In this document: positions 22,496-29,206 of the stretch, piece by piece
Numbering within the stretch: the stretch's first letter is position 1
Layout of the letters: each line of letters opens with the position of its first letter
Origin: a virus
Taxonomy: Duplodnaviria; Caudoviricetes
Virus record (IMG/VR): IMGVR_UViG_3300030372_002816
Coordinates: 1-29,206 of that record
Length of the DNA: 29,206 bases
Direction: 5' to 3' (one strand)
Program-made: the position numbers and the translations under genes
Notes under the pieces: generated by a model
What the model saw: the letters and a program-made list of their open reading frames with translations, nothing else
Told to the model about the DNA's origin: nothing
Databases searched by the model: none

Positions 22496-22525
22496 GGAGT
22501 ATGGGGGGTTTCCCCCCCATACTCC
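22496..22525 (-). terminator. 13-bp perfect hairpin with GAAA loop after the capsid gene (weak terminator/mRNA stabiliser)
   Basis: GGAGTATGGGGGG-GAAA-CCCCCCATACTCC then only TTT and the next ATG. Confidence 0.75.
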
Positions 22526-22543
22526 GGGGTTTTGTATGGCCTA

Positions 22544-23728
22544 TCAAGCCATGGTCATAACTTTGAACGCTGCGTCGAGCATACGGTTGCCATCGTTGTA
22601 GCAGATGCCCTTGACACCAACTTGATCGTTGGCTGCGTAAAGTTCAGGGAGTGAGGTGAATTCAAATCCACCAAAGTCCACGATGTAGTAGTAGGACAGG
22701 TCGCCAAAGCCAATCGGAGTGGTTCCGGTTGCAACAGCAGCAACATAGTCAGACTCGTACATTGGCTTGCCGAGCAGAGTGTCGGGAGCCTCACCCAAAC
22801 CTGGGGTCAACAAGTAGCGATCATCAGCGTCCTTCAACTTGCGAAGGATTTGGGTGGCTTCTGGAGAGAAGACCCATCCTGCGCTTGGTGCAGACCGATA
22901 CTCCTTAGCAACGGAGTAGAAGAGATCAATGATCTCGTCTGCGGTGAAGGTAGTTGCGCTGGCGGCAGTCTTACCATTGGTCGCACTGTCGAAGATACCC
23001 GTTGGCTCGTTAGAACCAGAACCCGCACCGACCAGGAACTTCTGGAGTTCGATAGATGCGAACTGCTTGGCGAAGGAGCCTGAGATGTAGGACTCAAGTT
23101 GAGCCTCTGAGAACGTGCCGTTGAATTTAAGCAACTGGTTGCTCAACTTCATAATCCGACCCAGACGACGTGGGAAGAACGCGGTTTGCGCCCAAACGTG
23201 GTCATCTTCTGTGATTGCAGCGTTTTCAGCAGCGTAAGCAGCAGTTCCAACGTCAGATTCAACAGCGAATGACGTTTGGTTGCCAACGCTCATCACGGTA
23301 GCAGCCTGACGCATCCAGTTCATTTCTTGACGCAGTTCCACAATTTGCTGTTCGATCGTGGTGGTAGCCAAGAATCCGCCAGCAGAGTTGGTTCCGATGG
23401 ACAAAGCACGAACTTCATCACCGTCAAGTCGATGTCCACCCATAGCCTTCAAGAAAGCAGAGCGATACTCACCAGAGTCACGGGTGACTTCTCGGTTGTG
23501 AACTTCTGCGGTGACTTGAACGGATGCTTGGGCTGCTTCCATCTTGTCAAGGTTTTGTCGTTGCTCGATTGAACGTCCAAGTTCTTGAATCTCGTTTTCG
23601 AGACTTTCAAACTTGCCTTGCTCATCGGCATTGAGAACAGAACGGCCTTCAGCGTCAGCCGCATCGAGGATAGCACGAGACTGGGTAATCAAGCCTGCGC
23701 GCTTTTCTTTCAATTCGTTGATTTTCAA
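22544..23728 (-). CDS. HK97-family major capsid protein with N-terminal delta domain (394 aa)
   Basis: AGGFLA, GSGSNEPTGI, LRKLKDADDRYL, TLLGKPM, FGDLSYY; TTG start with AAGGA SD. Confidence 0.97.
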   Translation of the reverse strand: MKINELKEKRAGLITQSRAILDAADAEGRSVLNADEQGKFESLENEIQELGRSIEQRQNLDKMEAAQASVQVTAEVHNREVTRDSGEYRSAFLKAMGGHRLDGDEVRALSIGTNSAGGFLATTTIEQQIVELRQEMNWMRQAATVMSVGNQTSFAVESDVGTAAYAAENAAITEDDHVWAQTAFFPRRLGRIMKLSNQLLKFNGTFSEAQLESYISGSFAKQFASIELQKFLVGAGSGSNEPTGIFDSATNGKTAASATTFTADEIIDLFYSVAKEYRSAPSAGWVFSPEATQILRKLKDADDRYLLTPGLGEAPDTLLGKPMYESDYVAAVATGTTPIGFGDLSYYYIVDFGGFEFTSLPELYAANDQVGVKGICYNDGNRMLDAAFKVMTMA

Positions 23729-23822
23729 AGCGATTTTCCTTTTTAGGAGTTTTTGTAAGTGAAAAGAAAACTGGGCTGTTGCCCCACGCAGTTGCGTTGC
23801 CAGTTGGCTTAAGTGTTTTCGG

Positions 23823-25361
23823 TTATTGCATCTCTTGGATACGCAGACGGGCTTTTGCCAGGTCTACGCCCAATCCATTACCGTCTTTCCGGCTGCATTG
23901 ACGTTCCAGAGATCGCAGAGCCACCTCTGTTGCTGGATAAGCAGGGAAACTCACGGTTGAGACATCTTTCAGTGACAAGTCGTGAACAGTTCGCAATGCT
24001 GTGCCCTCACGTTCTGCCCAGGAGTCCCGAATGACTTGGAACCCAAAAGACATACCGTCAATGTCACCCCTACGGATGGATTCAACCACATCACGCCCCG
24101 CTTGGGTGTTGGCAGGATCAATTTCAACCCTCAAACCAACATCATCCGTGGACATGCGGAGTGTGCCGGAAGCACTGCGACCGATGATCTTGCTGGAATC
24201 GTGATCAACCAGAGCCCGAACGTCATGCTGTTCTGACAACGCCCGATCAAAGGCCTTGCGGTCAATGCGTTCAACAAAGCCACCAAGATCCTGAGAGTCA
24301 GAGTCAAACTTGGCTGCGTAACCGACAATGGTTGGCAGTTCAGTTTCATCCTCATCGTTGCTCAGTTCAATGTTCTGAAGAGCCCGCGACTCATAGAACC
24401 TATCTTCCGACCGGTTGTACGAACTGGGCTCCATTGGTTCTGGTGATTCGTCCGACTCCATTGGCTCTTCATCCTTGTTCAGATACTTCATGTATTCACT
24501 GTGAGTCTCACACGGCATAAAAATTTCAACACCGTCTTCAGTCATCGTGTGGAATCCACTACAACCCAGGCTTCTTGCACGATCAAGTGCCTCTTTTTCA
24601 GTGGTGTATTGGTCTTCACCAACTTTTTCTCGTTTCTCTTGGTTTTCGCTCATCGAGTTCTTTCCTTTGGTTGACAGCGGGTGTTCGGCTGGCAACAGGT
24701 CTGTGTCATATTTAGTTCTTCGGAAACGCAGGTTTCTCAGGGCATAAAGAAGCCCATTCACGCGGGCGTAGGCCCATTGGTCAGCACTTTTTACGCTTGG
24801 TCTTACGCTCTGAGGATTGGTTTTGTAAGCACCAACACCACGCAAAAAGCAGGCTTCTAGCATCCGATAGGTGGCTCTTTTCCGGGGATCGTCCCCGTAC
24901 TCTTCATTGTGTTCCTCAACCTTACGACGCAAGCCTTTCTCAATCGTGCCAGAGACTTCAGCCCTGTTCTCACGCTTGGCGATGACTGCATTGACTACTT
25001 CTTTCATCTTGCTTTCGCCCAGGGTTCCAATCGCACCCCACTTGATTTGTGCAACTACGCCAGCAATGGACGAAAGAGTTGGGGATGCGTCCCCCTTAAA
25101 CTGGGAGCCATCTTCAAAATGCCTAGCAATCCAGGCCTCACGCTCTTTGATCCAATCCAAAACAACATCTGTCTCAGACCCCTCACGAGCCCTACCCCAT
25201 AGCAAGTAAGCATCATTCCCCCTAATGTTGCCGCCAGCCTTCCAAACATCTGGATGTTCACGCTTTAGATTCGCTGCCCAAGTCCTATCAAACTGTGGAT
25301 ATTGAGAGTTGCGTAGCGATATCTTTTGATCATCACCCTTAGTTGGGAAGTCAGTCGCCAT
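23823..25361 (-). CDS. HK97-type prohead protease with ~320-aa multi-domain N-terminal extension
   Basis: IVGYAAKFDSDS.DLGGFVERI...ALVDHD...GR...GTL....D..GL, GMSFGF, DVSTVSFPAYPAT. Confidence 0.95.
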   Translation of the reverse strand: MATDFPTKGDDQKISLRNSQYPQFDRTWAANLKREHPDVWKAGGNIRGNDAYLLWGRAREGSETDVVLDWIKEREAWIARHFEDGSQFKGDASPTLSSIAGVVAQIKWGAIGTLGESKMKEVVNAVIAKRENRAEVSGTIEKGLRRKVEEHNEEYGDDPRKRATYRMLEACFLRGVGAYKTNPQSVRPSVKSADQWAYARVNGLLYALRNLRFRRTKYDTDLLPAEHPLSTKGKNSMSENQEKREKVGEDQYTTEKEALDRARSLGCSGFHTMTEDGVEIFMPCETHSEYMKYLNKDEEPMESDESPEPMEPSSYNRSEDRFYESRALQNIELSNDEDETELPTIVGYAAKFDSDSQDLGGFVERIDRKAFDRALSEQHDVRALVDHDSSKIIGRSASGTLRMSTDDVGLRVEIDPANTQAGRDVVESIRRGDIDGMSFGFQVIRDSWAEREGTALRTVHDLSLKDVSTVSFPAYPATEVALRSLERQCSRKDGNGLGVDLAKARLRIQEMQ

Positions 25362-27240
25362 TGATTACTGCCTTGATTGTGCTGTTGTCGTTACTGTTCA
25401 ATGGTGTGTGTCTGATATCAGTACGAGCCTCATACTCTTCACCATCATCAGCAACAACAACTTCACCCCTTAGCACGAACGGTTCACCAGTTGGGACTTT
25501 TTTACCGTCAAGTGAGGGCCACTTTTGTCCTGGCCCACCGACCCATTGAACTTCTTTAACACCAGCATTGCGGTAATACTCAAGCATCAAAGCACCCTCA
25601 AGTCTGCGAATCTCCGAATCCAAGATGGTGTCAGTCTTCTCTTCTCGCCAGATTTCCAAAACTTTTGCTGTGTCTTCTGCTCTTAGGTTGCTTCTAGCCC
25701 TAACAGAACGTCGGATTGTAAACCGATCAGCAATATTCCTTAGAACCTCATCTTTGATTGAATCAACCTCACCGACCTCAGACATTGCGGTTTCACGCAG
25801 TTGTTCCGAGAAGACGCGAATAGCAGGCAGAATGATCGAGAACAGTTGTCTCTGGTACTCGCTGCTGAAATATCTTTCCGCCCAATCGGCTATATCACCA
25901 GTCCCATTTTCCTGATACTGCTGAACTGCATCAATCTCAAGTTCGACCATTTCGGATAGCGATTCCCGCATAGTGGGCCTAAATCCATCGAGAGCCTGTT
26001 TACGCTTAGAAGCGTTGTAAGCACGAACTTCAAGACTTCGTTCATCAGGTTGATCACTCCCAGGCCGCAATCTTTCCATATTCAGCGGGCTCAGGTAATC
26101 ATCTCCGTTTGCACCAATGGGGTCAAATTGTTCTGCTTTACGAATGTCATTAATAGACATGAAACCCGCCTGTCTCGCAAGTTGGTAAGCACGATATCTG
26201 CTCTCCAAATCACCACGGAGCATTTCTTCAAAGTGGAACGTGATCTTGTAGTCAGCACTCGATAAGAGTTTTGATTCCAATTCATTTTCAATCCGACGAG
26301 CCCACGGAGTCAGAGTGTGAGTGACAAACCCACGGTTGAGTTCGTAGATAGATCCGTATGAAGATGAACCTTCAAGTTCTGCCAACAGGGTTGGTGGCAC
26401 ACGGAACATCCGTGCAATCTCAAGGGTTTGGAACTTCCGGGTCTGTAGGAACTGGCTTTCATTAGGTGGAAGGCTTAGGGGCTTGAACTCGATGCCACCC
26501 TCAAGAAGAGCAACACGAGCAGAGTTTGATGCTCCACGGTGCAGGTTTTCCCAAGATTGACGCAGGTTGTTGAAAGCCTCATCACTCAGTTTGCCTGGGA
26601 CACTAAGCACCCCAGATGGCATAGCCGCATTACCAAAGTACGCAGCACCATACCGTTCAGAAGCCAGCCCCAAACCAATAGCCTCACGGGCCAAAGCAAT
26701 GGGTGAATAACCCTTCAAACCGTTTGGTCCCAAGCCTCTGATGTGCAAAACGTCGCTGGACGGGAGAGCCATATCTGCTTGATCAGAAGTGATCCTGTAG
26801 GCAACCTTCCCAGATTCAGTAATGTTCACCTGAACGTATGCGGGCTCAACCGGAACAAGACCAGTAACCTGACCACGGGCATTCCGTTCAATGATTGCAT
26901 AGGCGTTTCCATACAGACACGCATGCGAAACCATCAGTTCAAAGAACATGAACGCTGTCAGGTCGGGATTGACTTGTTGACCAAGAACATTCGTCAATGG
27001 CAGTTCGTTTGCATTACGAACACCCTGGGGTGTCATTCTGTGGACATGGACGGGCAGACTTGCAATCGACTCAGAGATAATCCGAACGCAGGCGTAGACC
27101 GTGGACAACTGCAAAGCACTTGTCTCATCAATCCTCACTCCCGCAGTAGATGGCAAACCAAACAACCCAACGTGGTTGTTGCTGGTGATGTGACGTTCTT
27201 CTGTTTCTGGCTTTCGCCTAAACCAATCTGTTAGAGGCAA
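25351..27240 (-). CDS. HK97-family portal protein with ~240-aa C-terminal extension
   Basis: VYACVRIISESIASLP, GNAYA, VLHIR, GYSPI, EIARMFRVPP. Confidence 0.96.
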   Translation of the reverse strand: MPLTDWFRRKPETEERHITSNNHVGLFGLPSTAGVRIDETSALQLSTVYACVRIISESIASLPVHVHRMTPQGVRNANELPLTNVLGQQVNPDLTAFMFFELMVSHACLYGNAYAIIERNARGQVTGLVPVEPAYVQVNITESGKVAYRITSDQADMALPSSDVLHIRGLGPNGLKGYSPIALAREAIGLGLASERYGAAYFGNAAMPSGVLSVPGKLSDEAFNNLRQSWENLHRGASNSARVALLEGGIEFKPLSLPPNESQFLQTRKFQTLEIARMFRVPPTLLAELEGSSSYGSIYELNRGFVTHTLTPWARRIENELESKLLSSADYKITFHFEEMLRGDLESRYRAYQLARQAGFMSINDIRKAEQFDPIGANGDDYLSPLNMERLRPGSDQPDERSLEVRAYNASKRKQALDGFRPTMRESLSEMVELEIDAVQQYQENGTGDIADWAERYFSSEYQRQLFSIILPAIRVFSEQLRETAMSEVGEVDSIKDEVLRNIADRFTIRRSVRARSNLRAEDTAKVLEIWREEKTDTILDSEIRRLEGALMLEYYRNAGVKEVQWVGGPGQKWPSLDGKKVPTGEPFVLRGEVVVADDGEEYEARTDIRHTPLNSNDNSTIKAVINGD

Positions 27241-28847
27241 CGTAACCCCCCTTGTTCATAGATTTCTGATGCGGTTTCATCCGTTCCCTGATGTGCCATC
27301 ATTCGGCCTAGTCCCATGCACAAAGCAACGACTCCATCAATATGCTCACGGTGATGTCTACTACTCTTCTTTGATGGCTTGATGTTGCCCGCTGGATCAG
27401 TCTCAATGCAGGCGACAGAGGCATGCTGTCTCATTACGGGATGATCACCATGTCGGAGTTTCCCCCCAACGACCAATGCCTCAAGCCTTTTGGCTGGCGC
27501 ACTCATGCTCACATACCCCTGTCCAAAGAACGCAACGGGGATGCTCTCTCTATCCATTCGGATCGCAAAATCGGTTGCATTCCAGCGGTCAAGAGCAACT
27601 TCTTGGACATCGAACTTCTCACGCATTTCAAGGATGTCATGGAAGATGTAGTCATAATCAGTGACCGCTCCTGGTGTAAGTCGAAGTTTGCCCTGGTCAG
27701 CCCACTGTCTGAAGGGTTGTCGATATCGCCGTTCCCGCTCAATAACACCATCAGCAGGCAAATAGAACTTCGGTAATACGGTTACTGATCCACCTTCAGT
27801 TGCAAATACAGCCACCGCAGCAGTCATATCTTGGGTAGCCCCCAGGTCAATCCCAACCCAACAAGGCTGCTTTGCCAACTCGTCCTCATTGATTTGACCA
27901 CCACCTAGGTCATCCCACTTCTCGATTGGTAGCCATCTTGTCTCTGTCTCAGTCCAGATGTTGAGGTGCAAACGCATGAAAGAGTTGGCGAACGCTGGTA
28001 CATCAACCCCACGCTTGCATTCTTCCGCCAAGTATTCCTCTGAGATGGCTGTCCCGATGCTTGGATTTGCATGCCGCCAAGTTTCTGGCTCTGTCCAATC
28101 CATCCCAGACTTTGCCGCATAAATCACTGGCAGGAACTTGGGATCTTCAATCACACCATCCCGAACCTTCTCGGCATAGTCATGCTGCTCAAAAGCAATA
28201 CTGTTTCTGTCGTGCCCGGCAGTTGTGATAGCCACACTCAAGGGTTGTTCTCTTGAACCCTGACTGGTATGCAGGGTGTCCCACAAGTCACGGTTTCTCT
28301 GGGTGTGGACTTCATCAAAGATCAGGCCAGAAAGGTTCATACCGTGCTTAGTCCCCGCATCAGCAGACAGGACTTTGAACGTGCCACCACTCATGGTGTT
28401 ACGGATTGTGTTATGCAGCACCTTCGATGACTTAGCAAGCAGGGGATCAGCCCGAACCATTCCAGCAGCAACATCGAACACAATCCTGGCTTGCTCCCGG
28501 TCTGAGGCAGCACTGACAACTTCTGCACCCTTTTCGCCATCAGCAAAGAGCATGTAGAGCCCAAGCCCACTACTCAATGTGCTTTTGCCATTCTTCCTGG
28601 GGACTTCCAACCAAACACGTTTGAACCGTCGAAGGCCTTGGTCATCCACCCACCCAAAGATTGTGGCTATCAGATTCTTCTGCCAGTCCAAGAGTTCAAA
28701 CTGCTTGCCCGCGAACTTGCCCTTTTGGTGTTGCAAGCACAACCCGAAGAACCGCATTGCCCTGTCTGCTTTCTCGGCATCGAAGGAGTAACCATCAGCA
28801 TTCTGGGTAGGGTCGAATCCGGCAAGATCAGTGGGTGGTTTATCCAG
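27231..28847 (-). CDS. terL: Terminase large subunit (probable CTG start at 28847; first ATG at 28757)
   Basis: VPRKNGKST Walker A, IFDEVH Walker B, ITTAG, GIDLG, IDGVVAL. Confidence 0.96.
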   Translation of the reverse strand: MDKPPTDLAGFDPTQNADGYSFDAEKADRAMRFFGLCLQHQKGKFAGKQFELLDWQKNLIATIFGWVDDQGLRRFKRVWLEVPRKNGKSTLSSGLGLYMLFADGEKGAEVVSAASDREQARIVFDVAAGMVRADPLLAKSSKVLHNTIRNTMSGGTFKVLSADAGTKHGMNLSGLIFDEVHTQRNRDLWDTLHTSQGSREQPLSVAITTAGHDRNSIAFEQHDYAEKVRDGVIEDPKFLPVIYAAKSGMDWTEPETWRHANPSIGTAISEEYLAEECKRGVDVPAFANSFMRLHLNIWTETETRWLPIEKWDDLGGGQINEDELAKQPCWVGIDLGATQDMTAAVAVFATEGGSVTVLPKFYLPADGVIERERRYRQPFRQWADQGKLRLTPGAVTDYDYIFHDILEMREKFDVQEVALDRWNATDFAIRMDRESIPVAFFGQGYVSMSAPAKRLEALVVGGKLRHGDHPVMRQHASVACIETDPAGNIKPSKKSSRHHREHIDGVVALCMGLGRMMAHQGTDETASEIYEQGGLRCL

Positions 28848-29166
28848 CCAACAATTCCTTCTTCAGTTCATCCAGGGCATCCACCGCTTCTGGGGATTCG
28901 TCCAGCAAGCCAAGCCGACGCAGCCAGCGTTCCATTCTGTCAGACGCACTGTTTTTGATGTCCAGTGCTGGATGGGTTCGGGGTTGTCCCTGACTGCCAA
29001 CGGTGATCAAACCTTGCTCGTCAAGAATCACGCTTGCCTCAAACCAATCTCTGAACTGCTGTGCCAGTTGATCAATCAACGCGGTTTCTGCCGGGTTGTA
29101 GTCCCGCATAGCCAGAATCGTGTCCTTGAACCTCAAACTCAGCATTTTTGCTTCTTCCGACCTCAT
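28840..29166 (-). CDS. terS: Terminase small subunit, P27 family
   Basis: LDEQGLIT...GQPRTHPAL.......M...L.RLGL; directly upstream of terL. Confidence 0.9.
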   Translation of the reverse strand: MRSEEAKMLSLRFKDTILAMRDYNPAETALIDQLAQQFRDWFEASVILDEQGLITVGSQGQPRTHPALDIKNSASDRMERWLRRLGLLDESPEAVDALDELKKELLAG

Positions 29167-29206
29167 CTCAAAAACCTCGATTTTTTTCTCTTATTTTTCG
29201 GCGTGC

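Larger units (their letters stand above)
1..29206 (-). mobile_element. HK97-fold tailed bacteriophage genome (siphovirus-like), complete or near-complete, probable Planctomycetota (Phycisphaerae) host
   Basis: Continuous TerS-TerL-portal-protease-capsid-neck-tail-TMP module plus replication, recombination and HNH genes; no bacterial housekeeping genes at either end; window ends 40 nt upstream of TerS, where cos usually lies. Confidence 0.95.

Overview
The window is a complete or near-complete ~29.2 kb tailed-phage genome of HK97/siphovirus type. Almost all genes are on the minus strand, in lambdoid order: terminases, portal, protease, capsid, neck, two tandem tail-tube paralogs, G/GT chaperones, tape measure and Cys-rich/LamG tail-tip proteins. 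Next come a control region at ~9.7-10 kb, recombination/replication genes, a sigma-region-2-like protein, a membrane-protein cassette and a packaging HNH nuclease. The left 2.8 kb holds divergent operons (an acidic putative early gene pair; a lysozyme / PAPS-reductase-like / RHH-like trio) around three stacked repeat arrays. A Phycisphaerae-type dockerin-like tail and a PEP-CTERM signal suggest a Planctomycetota host. I recognised no integrase, CI-type repressor, polymerase or ParA. The most striking observation is a candidate ~67-nt small RNA (9708-9774, minus) with its own sigma70 promoter and intrinsic terminator. Its free segment is complementary to a shared AACTGAAAGG ribosome-binding leader found before several distant phage genes, suggesting a trans-acting, multi-target antisense switch. 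All family assignments are from motif recognition by eye, with no database searches.
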